DNA of 64,000 nucleotides from the human T2T-CHM13v2.0 reference genome, Homo sapiens: NCBI RefSeq assembly GCF_009914755.1, contig NC_060926.1; one strand, written 5' to 3'. The notes beneath the pieces are model-generated. The model had not been told where the DNA came from. It did no database searches and saw only the letters and a program-made list of their open reading frames with translations. Made by a program: the position numbers and the translations under genes. Positions 13,369 to 27,516 of this stretch are shown one piece after another; the stretch's first letter is position 1, and every line of letters starts with the position of its first letter.

Positions 13369-13468
13369 TGATATCTGAAAAGTTTGCCCAGTTACACTGA
13401 GGACCGATCAATAGTGTGATATCTGAAAAGTTTGCCCAGTTACACTGAGGACCGATCAATAGTGTGAT
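13369..13468. repeat. Perfect 48-bp tandem duplication
   Basis: tgatatctgaaaagtttgcccagttacactgaggaccgatcaatagtg at 13369-13416 and 13417-13464, followed by tgat. Confidence 0.98.
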
Positions 13469-14901
13469 TTGCTATCCATAGGGAGGAGGGGAACACCCTC
13501 TGATATTTCCTGTTTTTAAACAACTAAAGTTGTTTTGTATTCCCTAAACCGTATTGATCCAAGAAGCTAATGATAGTTTTTACGAAAGCTCCCTTTTGTA
13601 AACTCTGTCACAGAGGAAACCTTGGAAAATTACAATTAACGGCAGGAAAAATGTTGGAAATCTATTTTACCATGTAACTTTCCTGCCAGCTCCTGCTATG
13701 TACAAAATAAAGCAAGACCCACATGTTTTTACCTCCTGGGTTTGGATATAGCTGGACTGATGCAATGGCAATGAAGATGGCTTATATTTATAACTCCAGG
13801 GTGCTTTTACTCCTCCCAACTAATTTGCCATCTTGTCCATTATGTGAATAAGCTGTAACGGCTGAATTGGCATTGCCCCCACTTTTCCATTTCAGCAGAA
13901 ATTTTAAAAGGAGGTTGTCACTCTGTAGGCTCAAGTGATGCCATCTGCTTTTCCATTTGGGGAAATGCACATAAAAATGGTGGGGGAGATGTTAAGTATT
14001 TAATTAAAGGTAGACTATCTGTTTCCCCAATTTTCTCTAGTTTAATACCTGCTGGGTCACATATAGAATACAAATAAGAAGATAGAAAACAGTTCATGAG
14101 ATCTTGTGGGAGAAATACTAAAATTAGGTTGCCCATTAAACATAACAAATGCACATTTTACTAGTACATTAAACCAAACAGAAAGGTTTTTTTTTAATGT
14201 GAAATACATGAGAACTCTTAGAACACTATAATTGCAGTTCTAAAGAAAGTAATCATATTACTCATATATGAATCTTGATTTCTAGACAAATATATTTCTG
14301 AAACTGTATGATGAAATTCATATTTAAAATGGAATTTAATAATTGTCATCAATAATGGATATCTTACTTTAATCTATCAATAAAATCACCTACCTAGGGA
14401 TGTATGTAGATGAGTAATTCTTCAATTAGAATACTAAAAAATATGTCATTACAATTACAGCTTCAAGGGACCAGTAATGTTTGTGGTAGACTTTCAAGAC
14501 TGTTGAGTGTGTAGTTTATCTAAATACTAAGGTTATTTTTTCCTTGTAATTCTAGAGCCACACCATTGTTTTGACTATGGCACAAATGTAATGCACATTT
14601 CAATAAAACAGTACAGCTGGGAATTAACAGGCTAATAAAAAGGACTTTAAAGGTGCATTAAATTAGGATTTAAGATGTCTCTTGCATTTGCAGCATAAAT
14701 GCTAATAAAAATATAAATCTGTTATTAACTTTTTATAGTCATGCAAAGCAATAAAAGCTGAAAATATTGAAGATTTATCAGCACATATCTGCAAGACGGA
14801 CAGAATAGAACAAAGGTAGAGAAAGAGAGATGTTAGGAAAAGGGAGAGAAATTTTTAGAGTAGAAATGAGGAGAAATAATTTATATATAGTTTAAATAGT
14901 T

Positions 14902-14904
<3 letters not shown>

Positions 14905-14942
<38 letters not shown>
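14905..14942 (+). repeat. (AC)19 microsatellite
   Basis: Direct reading. Confidence 0.98.
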
Positions 14943-14944
<2 letters not shown>

Positions 14945-16661
14945 TGTTTCCTTTCTAACATAATCATTTTTATTTTGATCCTCAAGAAAGTTTGGGAATG
15001 TTGTTTCATGAAAGTAAAAACCAAGAAAATATTTTCTATCATTTAAATGACTAGAGCATTAAGCTAGGAGATTCTGCTCCAAGGGCAATACTATGTTACC
15101 TGTTACTATTTCCCTTAGCTAACAATATACCACTTGTGTCAAATGTGTGCTGACAATACAGGCTTGTTCATTAGAATCATACAAACAGCTAGCTAGCAGT
15201 TTGCTTAATAATGCACTAACCTATTCAGAATGCTTATTGCTTGAGTCATAATTGCACAGATCTAATTGTTAAATGTGGCTGGGAAATTAAAATGGTAGTC
15301 CTTAGAGACAGCTCTGTTTCAAAATTAATATAATCATTAAAGAAAAATAAAAACATATATTTTTGCTGGCATATCTGAAGGTTTTTAAGAATTTCTTATG
15401 CAAAATGTAAAAGAGAAGTCATGGTTCTCGAAAACAATATTAAAATGATATACTTCCATCTATTAAGCCACATGGAAGATAAAAGTTTTGGGGTTGTAGC
15501 CTCAGAAAGGCTCTAAATTCTTAATGTTGATAAACAATAAACAACAATCATTTGTTTTCCACATTGGTTATGATTAATTGGTATATACTGAAGTTTTTAA
15601 AAATGCATTAAAAATATAATATAGGCAGTCCATGGATTGCCCTCATGCTACTTTGAGAAGCTGAAAAACCACAACACATTAAATTGCAGTAAAATTCAAA
15701 TAAAGTTTTATAATTTGTATATAGTGCATAAAAATGTTTATATAAATTCGCCATTAACTATATAAAGTATTATTTCATTGTAGATAGTAACAGGATCCTC
15801 ATTTGTCAGAACAAATTATAAATTTGGTGTTATTACTCTTTTCTCTCTCCTTTAAAATATCAATTTGCCAGTATTTTAAAAAATTCTGAATAGCAACAGT
15901 TGTTAGCTACAATTTGCATTAGACAGCTGACAATTACTCAAGGTGTTACTTTCTAAGAAAATCAAACAAATAAATATGCTCAGATTTTAAAAAAAGACTT
16001 GCAAAATACTTAATCTGCTACTTATAGTGTATCACATAACAAGTTAGACAGTCACAGTATTATTTTTAAAACTATTTTTAATTAGGCTATTTTTAAATTT
16101 AAATTAATTAAATAAAATATGCACACCTTTTAAAGGCATAATTGTTGTTCTTATAATATATGTAAATCAATTTAGGCTTCCTAATTTATTAAAAATAGAG
16201 GTGGTTAGAGTACGTAAGAAAATTCTCTGGAACATAATTTTTAATATGGCACAAGCATAACTCATAAGTTCAATATTGTCTTCAAGCACATTAACTTTAT
16301 ATAATAAAAATAAACAACAAAAACATGGCTTACCATATCCCTATACTTAATCTGTATAAATAATATTAAAAGCATATTTCAAAGAACTCATTTCAGAAAT
16401 GTTTATGTTGTGAGTTACCAAGGAAACATTAAACAGACCAGAACCAAGGGAATACATGATTGAATAGTCCTGGTTTCCTTTCGTTATAGAGTTCTTTCCT
16501 TTATGTCATAATTGAGGAATAGGAGTAGTTTAGGAAAATGGAAAATTTTCTTTTTAATTTAAGATAGTCCATCATGCATTCCTGGAAATTTTCATCCAAA
16601 AATAAAATTATGTAGACACATGTCAACATCTAGTTAGACTAACAAAAGCAATTTTAATGTG

Positions 16662-17169
16662 CAGTTGACCCTAGAACAATGCAGAGGTTAAGGATGCCAA
16701 ACCTATCCCCACCACCGGAGTCAAAAATCTATGGGTAACTTTCGATTCCCCTAAAACTTAATTACTAATACTCTACTGCTGGCTGGAAGCTTTACCAATA
16801 ACAATTGATTAAAAAACGATTTTGTATGTTATATGTATTATATACTTTATTCTTATAATTAAGACAGCCAGAGAAAAGAAAATGTTATTAAGAAAATGAT
16901 AAGGAAGATAAAATATATTTACTATATTCATTAAGTGGAAGCAGATCATTATAACGGTCTTCATTCTCATCTTTATAATGAGTATGCTAAGGAGGAGGAG
17001 CAACAGGAAGCATTGGTCTTGCCCTCTTAGGGATGGCAGAGGCAGAAGAAGGGGAGGAGGTGAAAGGGGAGGCAGGAGAGGCAGGTATACTAGGTGTAAT
17101 TTTATAGAAAAAAATTCATGTCTAAGTGGGTCCATGTAGTTCAAATCTGTGTTGTTCAAAGGTCAGCTG
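16662..17169 (-). mobile_element. Tigger2a/MER28-type TcMar-Tigger element
   Basis: TIRs cagttgaccctagaacaa ... ttgttcaaaggtcagctg|TA; internal aagtgggtccatgtagttcaaatctgtgttgttcaa is the reverse of the Tigger2 5' end. Confidence 0.85.
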
Positions 17170-17468
17170 TAATTTATAATAGTAAAGTAATTTAGACTGA
17201 AAATTCTAAATGATGCAATATAATTATATATTGTACAGGAGGTAAGGAAAGAAGCAGAAATCTCATAAAAGTACTAAACCTGATGGAATAGTACTGTTTA
17301 CTGATCTGACATAATTTCCATCAATTTAAGCGATTCCTTTGACTATACCTTAAATGAAATAGTATGGTTTCATCCTAAATTCAAACTCTCATAACTGCCC
17401 AAATTAATAATTATGGTAGCTAAACTAAATGTTGAATAAGTATGAAGTATTTTGTTATTTTTGATATA

Positions 17469-18046
17469 CAGGAAATTCTTGGATTGACATACGTGTATAA
17501 ATCCAGAACTTTCAGATTTTGGATAAGGAAATCAGAGCATATACCATATGTCACGCCTCACCCGTGCTGGGTAGCAACCCACATTTGAAACCAGCCTAAT
17601 TCTCCCATAGAACTGATGTCTACGGGTTGTTTTTTTCTTTCGTTTTAAATAAACATAGAAATTGACCAGTTGCTGCCTGCTGACCAACTCCTTTATACAC
17701 CCCTAATTTTAGTCAGCTGGGGGAAGAGACAAATTTGAGAATGGCCTGTAGTGTCCCAGCTGACATCCTCCAAATTAAAGCTTTTCTTCCCTGGCAATAC
17801 TCATTGTCATGACTAGACCTAAGCCAAACTGCTGGTATTTAGAAACATATTCAATTGCCTTAATTATTATACAATAAAACTTATGAAGATTCGCAATAAG
17901 TGGGAACAATAAAGATACAAATTATTCTTAAGTCAGCTTAGGTCAGGATTTTTCACTAAATAAATTTTGGAGCCAATTTAGAAGAAAACTGTTAGCTTTT
18001 AGAACTTTGTGGATTTTAGAATTGTGGGTAAATGATTATGGGCCCA
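17469..18046 (+). mobile_element. MER46C-like Tigger MITE interrupted by an LTR
   Basis: TA|cagg...gcatatacc...gggtagcaaccc on the left; ttttagaactttgtggattttagaattgtgggtaaatgattatgggccc on the right. Confidence 0.6.
17586..17847 (+). mobile_element. ERV1 solo LTR, internally deleted (LTR26-like)
   Basis: TG...CA ends: tgaaaccagcctaattctcccatagaactgatgt...aaataaacatagaaattgacc...attaaagcttttcttccctggcaatactc...aaaca; approximate 4-bp TSD catt/tatt. Confidence 0.7.
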
Positions 18047-18049
18047 GTT

Positions 18050-18220
18050 TTCTCATTTAACCCTAACCACACACTTATGCAAAAGGTAATTTTATTATCA
18101 TTTTATATATGAGGAAACTGAGGCTTAACTCTCATAAATATCTTGCTCAAAATTATTTGGCTCGTACCATAAATACAGAACTATGTTATTAATCAAGAAG
18201 TCTGTCTCTGAATCCCACAA
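18050..18220 (-). mobile_element. MIR SINE
   Basis: ctcatttaacc...attatcattttatatatgaggaaactgaggct. Confidence 0.7.
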
Positions 18221-18821
18221 TAATTTGGAGAACTGCCCATAATAGGTTTGATAGTGTCACAAATGCCACTGTGTTTATAACTCCAGATTTTGTATTGCCT
18301 TTTGTGTTTAAAGCCATTTCCTGTTTTAGAAGGGTGAGCTGGAAATTTATGTTTGCTGAAAGCCCTGTAACTATATAGCTAAGTAGCATTTTTGAAGGGT
18401 CTATGAAAAAGTGAATTAGGGAGCATACTCTGAAATTCCTATTTATTCCTCTAAATTCTAACTTGCAATTGTTGATTAAACTTACTGTTATAACTAGAGC
18501 ATTTTCAGTCAAGTGGAGAAAATCTGACAGAGAAATAAGCATTTTAATTTTTAATTTCATGTAGTTAAGACAGATCCCCTCAAGAACCAAACTATGAGGC
18601 TGCTAAATGGAGAACACACTTCATATGGGGATTCTTTTGAGAGCTGAGCAAATAAACTCAAGTGATACATAATATGCCGTAATGTATAGAAAAGAATGCT
18701 CATATGAGAATGTTTAATTGATAGAAACAATATTCACTATCATAAGGGAATAATGATCTTTATACTACTGAGATTGTCTGAAAGTTAACTTTTGAAAAAT
18801 GTTTGATTTTAGCAATTGGGT

Positions 18822-19790
<969 letters not shown>

Positions 19791-21129
19791 AAAATATTTT
19801 TATAATTTTACATTGTACAGGGACCCCAAACTATTTACAACCATTAACTCACTACTGATCACAGATACGTACTTTGACTTCTGTTTACTTTCTTTCATAT
19901 TGTTCTATTTATCTATTTCACTTCCAGTGTATTGTACAGTACCCATTACATTAAGGTAATAGTAGCAGCTTCTTATAATTTGAATGAATGAGTGAGTGAG
20001 TGAACCTCATTAGTGACTTTAAATATTTTAAAAATAATCTACCTGGATCCCCAGAACATAACTATTACATCATAAATTATATCACAATTTGTAGTAGATA
20101 CAGAACAAACTTTGAAGTCTCCACAACTTACGGCTGCAGAGGAAGGAGACTCTAAACCAAATTACTCAGGCTAGAGGTCTTTCTTAAGCTAATTGTCAGT
20201 ATATCATGAATGAATATTCTTAAGGTTATAATGCATTATAGAGAGCCTGGTTTATCTTGAGACCAGCTTTATCTGAGTAAGCAGCTATACTTCAGAATTC
20301 TACGTTTCCTCAGTACTTAAATCTGCTCATGAAAATATTCACCAGAATCATTAAATTTTTAATTTATTAGAGATGAGCAATTCACAATATCCAGCTCATA
20401 TTTTAAAAAAAAATAAAAACGATTCTCTTGTCTGAAGGACTCCAGGGACAGCCAATGAACCAATCAGAATTCATTGACTGCCAGTCTGACCTATGTCCCT
20501 AGCATGGGACTAGTCAGGCCAGTGAAGTATGAAAAGATATTAGTGGACAACAAGCACATAGCTAAATAGTAATTCATGAAGTTAAACTGTATGCAGACAT
20601 GTTACAGTACTAGGTAACTAGAACTGAAGAATTTTTAACAAAACAAAAGTTTACTGAAAATCCTCAGCTATCTAGATTCTCCTTGTTTAAAATTCTGTTA
20701 AAGGTCATGGCAGCTGGTAATTATAGGACATTAATTTCATCTCACAAATCAGTAATGGTCTCCATTTAACTAAGAACCCCTTCTTCCAGACAACATAAAA
20801 TAGGAAGGATCTATTTAATATCATTCTACTTTGAGGAATGACCCTACCTATATAATATTCAGAGGCAAAATATCATATAAAGGAATATAAGGGAAAAGGA
20901 ATATGAAAAGAAATAGGAAAAGTTACATATGTAAACTTACAATCTCAATAATAAAGACTGTATAATAGTTTTTCCTAACAGTTATAATTACATCTTTAGA
21001 CAAAATATTTATCTTGTAAAGTTTTTCAGAAATTAAAAATGGAAAACTATCCAGATGACTATTGGTTATTTTTATTTCAGTATAAATAAGCTTCAGTACT
21101 ACTTAACAGGAAAGCTGTATTAATTAAAG

Positions 21130-21235
21130 TTAAGCACTCATAGTATTTACATCATAGATTTATTATAAGGATTAAACCAGGTAATAATTGTAAAAAGCTT
21201 GGAACACTGTATGGCTGAAATGTGTTTCACCATGT
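21130..21235 (+). mobile_element. MIR 3' fragment
   Basis: atagtatttacatcatagatttattataaggattaaa...aaaagcttggaacactgtatggc. Confidence 0.55.
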
Positions 21236-22889
21236 AAATATAAAAGTAGTGCTACAGTAGGCCAACTGGATAGCAACTTTGCAATACTTGTTAGTCAAAA
21301 AGTGTAAGAGAGTTTGCTGGCATGAGAAGCAAACAGAATTCAAAAATGATTATTATTTATTGATATTCTTTTCCTAATAGAGAATATCACATTTCCTCCA
21401 TAGGAAAATCCAAAAGGAAATATTTTCACTTAAGACAATTGGGGAAGGTGCTAACTAATTAGTATCACACAACCAATTAATTAGCATTCCACATACCTAT
21501 AATTAGAAAGTGTTAAATATGGTCTACACCAGAGTGAATTTATAAACCTTGCCTGAGGAATCAGTTAGTCAGTAGGGTAGTGCTTGTTTCTGAGTTTGAA
21601 AGTAGCACTTGTGAAAAACATTTCCAGGAAGAATTTCCACGAATGTCTACTCCTTTAAATCCAAGTTGAAAGAAAACCCAACAAAAATTCAGATGAATAC
21701 ATATTACATTTCTATTTTTTTAGAATTAGTCAATTAGATATTAAGAAAGTACATTTAAAATTTAATTATGCAAGTTTTCCTTCTTTTATAACTTGGCCTG
21801 ATGCTTAATTACCCTATATTTGTTGATTATTTTCCATCCTTCTTATGAATATATTAGCATGCAACCATAACTATGTTAAATTACCTTTAAAAACACATAA
21901 AAACTAGTGGAGCATGGTGTTTTCCTCTTCATAGTACATGAAATCCACTCTAAATAAATTAGGATATTTTAACAGAGTTTGGGAATGTTTATTTTAGCAT
22001 TGATTCCAAACAGCTCTCCCGTGGATTCACCTGATAGTGGATCCTGTCATTCTCAGGATGGTATTCTGGACTGTTATAAGGTGGATCCTGGGTGGATTTT
22101 ATTTTTTTCACGCTTGCTTTAATCGATAAATATTTTCAGAAATGATGAGAAAAATGTAAGACTCTAATTATTTTCTCTAATGTTCTTTAAATAATATTGA
22201 TTCATTCAGAATATAGCTATGTCAAAATATTTCCTTCATTTAAAAGGTACATTGGAATTACTGAAGCATGTCCTATATTTTAAAATTCATCTAAAGGAAA
22301 TTATTTTTTGATCCATTCTTCATTCTGTCCTCTCTGGATACTATGGTAGACAAACTTACATCTCTTAACTGGTCCTTCCTCTCTACAGTTATGACTTGCT
22401 GTCTAGAAAGCAGTGGCTTATTAAGTAGACTATCAATTCTTTGAGTGTTGTCTCTCTTGTGGAACTGCCATGACTACCATAAGCTTAGTCATATAGCCCT
22501 ACTATTATTCCTTTTGTTTTGTTGGCACTTATATGAATTATTTTATTTACATATATGTATTGGTATGTTTGTGTATGAGAAAGAAAAATTGTGAGTTTGA
22601 AGGGAAAAAGATCACAGTGAGAAGGACTTTGCCTTATTCATTCTGTATACTGAACAATAATAGCAACATTCATGAAATGTTTGCTAAATGAATACCAATT
22701 CGGTTACAAAGCTAGGTTTGTAGTATGGATTGCATTTAAAATGTGATAAATCCATTTAAGCAAATACATCATTCTCCCTCCCTTCATTTAAATGGATATT
22801 TAATTTTATTTAAAATGGTGGTGCGAAATTTTATAAGTGATAGTAACTTTCTTTGGTTTTATCAATAGTGCATATTCATCATTTCTATG

Positions 22890-22960
22890 TTCATTTATTC
22901 ACTAAGTATTTATTGAGGACCTACTATGTATCAGGCATACATAGGCACTGAGGATATGTT
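22890..22960 (-). mobile_element. L2 3' end
   Basis: ttcatttattcactaagtatttattgaggacctactatgtatcaggca. Confidence 0.7.
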
Positions 22961-22977
22961 TTGACATGAAATATTAA

Positions 22978-23269
22978 TTTTTTATTTTTATTTTTTTGAG
23001 ATAGGGTCTCACTGTCTCCCAGGCTGGAATGAAGTGGTATGATCATGGATCCATGCATCCGTGACCTCCTGGGCTCAAGTGATCCTCCTGTCTCAGCCTC
23101 CCAAGTAGCTGGGACTACAGGCATGAGCCACCATGTCTGGGTATTTTTTGTAGAGACAGGGGTCTCGCCATGTTGCCCAAGCTGGTCTTGAATCCCTAGG
23201 TTCAAGGAGTCCTCCCACCTAAGCCTCCCAAATTGCTGGAATTACAGGCATGAGCCACCACACATAGCC
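22978..23269 (-). mobile_element. AluJ (Jo/Jr-like)
   Basis: gagatagggtctcactgt...ctcctgggctcaagtgatcctcct...ttgcccaagctggtcttgaa; flanked by aaatatt. Confidence 0.92.
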
Positions 23270-23639
23270 CAAAATATTTAAATATATGTATTAAGTTTAT
23301 CTTCATGATACAATACAGATTAATCTAATGTGGCAGTATTAAAAAGTCTCACTTCACTAATTAATCCAAAGAAATAAAACTTCAATCCAGGAAAGACTGA
23401 TCACTGTCAGAAATCTGATTCTGAAACATGGAGCAACCATATGTTTTTTAACCAAAATAAATGACTATTGAGAAGAAAATCAATAAAAACTATTAGTTTT
23501 ATGTATATTAGTTTCTGGTAAAAAGTTTTTACACATCGGCTAATTATATTAATAGTATTACATTAATAACAAAACCATAATAATACTATACATTTATGTA
23601 ATATATGTTATATAACTTATTTTATTTACATATATGTAT

Positions 23640-24225
23640 ATATTAATTGAACCTCTACAAGGTGCTAGGCACAGAAGATACAAAAGTGAACGAGTCAGAA
23701 ATCTGTCCTCTTTGAGAGCTTACATTTAGGGGAATCAACTAGAAATAAAAATTAACACGGACATTGTACATATATGTTACAGTAATATATAATAAGGAGA
23801 ACAAATGGGAGAAGAGATACAAGAGTTGAAATTCTAGATAAGATAGCACATGGTAGGCTCTCCTGGAAAGTGGCTTTTGAGTAAAAACCTAAAACCAGGG
23901 AAGAAATTAGCTATACAGGTGTAAGAGGAAAGCACAATGCAAGCAGAGAGAAGAGCAAAAGAAGTTCCTAAGGCAGAAACATGCCTGCCCTGATAAAGAG
24001 ACATGAAGAAGCTGATGTAGCTGAAGTTGAGTGAAGGAGAAGGCAGAGTAATAGGAGATGAGCTCAAGACACAATGAAGGCCCAGGTCACGTAGAAACTT
24101 TCAGGCCATTATCCAGATTTTGGCTTTTACAGTGTGAAAGATGGGAAGGCACTGGGAAAGTTTTGAAAATAAGAATAACATGATCTGAACAACTTTTTAA
24201 TGAATCATTCTATACTTTGGAAAAT
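23640..24225 (-). mobile_element. L2a-like LINE relic
   Basis: tgctaggcacagaagatacaaaagtgaac...gagcttacattt...ttttggcttttac...gatgggaaggcactgg...atgatctga. Confidence 0.8.
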
Positions 24226-25044
24226 AAGATGTGTGTACATATTTTGGCATCACAGACCACCACATCAATACTCATGAAAAGGACAAACTAGTAATTAAAA
24301 TCCTTGCTAAAATCTTCAAGCCTAAACATACATTTTAATCCAATCTCTGTCCACTTCCTATCTTTTTGGAAGAAGGCAATAAGTCACTAATCAACCACTT
24401 AGCTGTTTCCCAACTTTACCTGTCATTCAGGTGGCACAAAGATAACACCATTGCTTTCATCTTCCATCCTCCCTGACACTAGGGATAAAAAAAATGAAGA
24501 TACTCTTTTTAACTTTGTTTCTAGATAAATGACCACTGACAGTCACATACTAAGTCACTTGACTGAAAAGTTATTTGCTGTAGTATTCATCCCTTCTTAT
24601 TTTTACACATTATTTGATTTGTCAAAAGTTAGTCAAACATGCATGAATGTTCTAAAATTATAAAGATTATCAACTTAAAACATTAAATCACTTTAATTTA
24701 AATATTGAATATGGTAAGCTGTTGGAAAAATTACTCAGATCTATTTTTTCTCTACTTGTAAAATAAGTCACTGATTTGATTTTTTAACAATCTGATTCTT
24801 GGAGCATTTTGCCCTCTACTTACTAATGATTCTATTATCGCTAGAGTAAATTATTTCTCACATTGCTAATTGGAGATTGGCCTTTCAATGAGGCAAAAGA
24901 CTCTGTTTATTTTTCCATTTCCTTTAAAAAACTTTACAAAATATTATTTTGTTTCAAACTTAATGTGTCTTTTTTGCTTTCATTCTGTTTGCACATGGAT
25001 AAAGAACTGTGAACTTCTGACTTCTTAAAATATCAGTATTTGTG

Positions 25045-25349
25045 GGCCAGGCGCGGTGGCTCACATTTGTAATCCCAGCACTTCAGGAGGCCAAGACAGG
25101 CTGATCATTTGAGGCCAGGAGTTCGAAACAAGCCTGGGCAACATGGTGGAACCCCATCTCTACTAAAAACACAAAAATTAGCCGGCTTCATGGTACATGC
25201 CTTTAGTCCCCGCTACTTGAGATGGGGAGGCACAAGAATTGCGTGAACCTTGGAGGCAGAGGTTGCAGTGAGTTGAGATTGTGCCATTGCACTCCAGCCT
25301 GAGTGACAGAGTGAGACTCTGTCCCCCACAAAAAAAACAAAAAAAAAAA
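25045..25349 (+). mobile_element. Alu (AluSz/Jb-like)
   Basis: ggccaggcgcggtggctcac...gtgagactctgtc + A tail; TSD cagtatttgtg (25034-25044) / cagtatttatg (25350-25360). Confidence 0.95.
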
Positions 25350-25441
25350 CAGTATTTATGATTGTCTTCCAGAAATAAGATTAACATCAAGTTGGAACAC
25401 AGTTCTAAATCTTTGTCTCCCAAAAGATATTATTTATATGA

Positions 25442-25794
<353 letters not shown>

Positions 25795-25996
25795 TTTTGT
25801 TTGTTTTGAGACAGAGTCCTGCTTTGCCACCCAGGCTGGAGTGCAGTGGCACGATCTCTGCTCACTGAAGTCTCTGCCTCCTGGGTTCAAGTGAGCCTCC
25901 CACCTCAGCCTCCCAAGTAGCTAGGATTGCAGGTGCGTGCCACCACGCCAGCCAATTTTTGCATTTTTAGTAGAGACGGGGTTTCACCATGTTGGC
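25795..25996 (-). mobile_element. 5'-truncated Alu (AluS/J)
   Basis: gagacagagtcc...tttcaccatgttggcc, then Alu similarity stops. Confidence 0.9.
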
Positions 25997-26914
25997 CCCA
26001 CCAAGTCTCCATAGTTTTATTTCTACTTTTGTTTCTAGACAAAGCAGAAAAAAGTAAAAGCACTAGGTATTATAAATTTCTACACTTTCCTCCATAAAAA
26101 ACAAACGGTCATTTTATGATATTATAGAAACCATTTTAAAGAAAATTATACTTTAAAAAATAATTTTTACTCCATTAGTGAAAATCATGGCATTTACTTT
26201 CTGAATTCCAAAAAATCCTCAAATATTAAAATTAAAATTGATGCCTACAAACTGACTCCATTCAATTATTAAAGACCTTATCTTTATTTGTCATAAGCAT
26301 TGTTACATATCAACAATAACAAATACACCATCTTTTACATGTAGGAGGGTCTTACAGAAATAAGTAGTCAGATACTTAGGTAAATCATAGAGAGAAAATT
26401 TGAATTTTTAAAATTTACTCACTGGGCATAAAGAATCATGTTTTAAAAGCAAAATATGTGGTTAGAAGTTTCTGAAAACCGAGTTGATAAAGTACCATTT
26501 CAATCTGATGTCAGATGTCTTTGTTAAAGAGCTTTCTGAGTAGTAATCTTAACATCCAAAAAGTAAAGCTATTTTGGTTTCTTCAAGTATCCTAACACAG
26601 GGGAGAGAATTTCCTCTTGTGAGTCCTTATAATACCTATGATAATTTTATTTATATCTTTATAATTAGTGGTTCTGATTTCTCATAATTTGTGTTGGTAT
26701 TAGCAGGGAACTAATAAAGATTTGCAAGTTCACCCAGTTTTTATATGGCCCTGGTTCTACTGACCTGTTTCATGGTTACAGACCCTCACGCATAGCCATG
26801 AACAGTTATCTCACAGCTATCCTGTATACCACTGTAACCTCAGCCCCTAGCACAGGATCTGACACAAGCTGGGGAGGGTGCTACTTAGAGGCAGTCAAAT
26901 CATGTTTGAAAAAG

Positions 26915-27120
26915 TGATATCACTAGAATCAGGTTATCTGGGTTCAAATCCTAGGATTGCCCTTCTAGCTCTCTGACCTTAAGCAAATTATGTAGTTACA
27001 TTTGTAAAATGTTTTAGCGTTGGTTACAATCGCATGGGATTGGTTACTATTGCATGGGATTAAATGATGTAATGCATGTATTTCACGGTGAGCCTTTTAT
27101 TTAAAATCTCATTATTATTA
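26915..27120 (+). mobile_element. MIR SINE
   Basis: ctagaatcag...ctgggttcaaatcct...tgaccttaagcaaatta...tgtaaaatg...ggattaaatgatgtaatgcatgta. Confidence 0.75.
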
Positions 27121-27171
27121 TAAATTGAATTTTTTAAAGATAAAAAACTAGGGATAGCTTAGGTCTAATGA

Positions 27172-27516
<345 letters not shown>

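Noticed and set aside
16809-17159. 116-aa ORF with a Pro/Leu tract
   Set aside because: Lies within a non-autonomous Tigger2 element; no transposase similarity
18189-18590. 133-aa minus-strand ORF
   Set aside because: Non-ATG start, no recognisable domain or splice structure; likely chance
22021-22100. Four GTGGAT hexamers in 77 bp
   Set aside because: Irregular spacing, no further periodicity or assignable function
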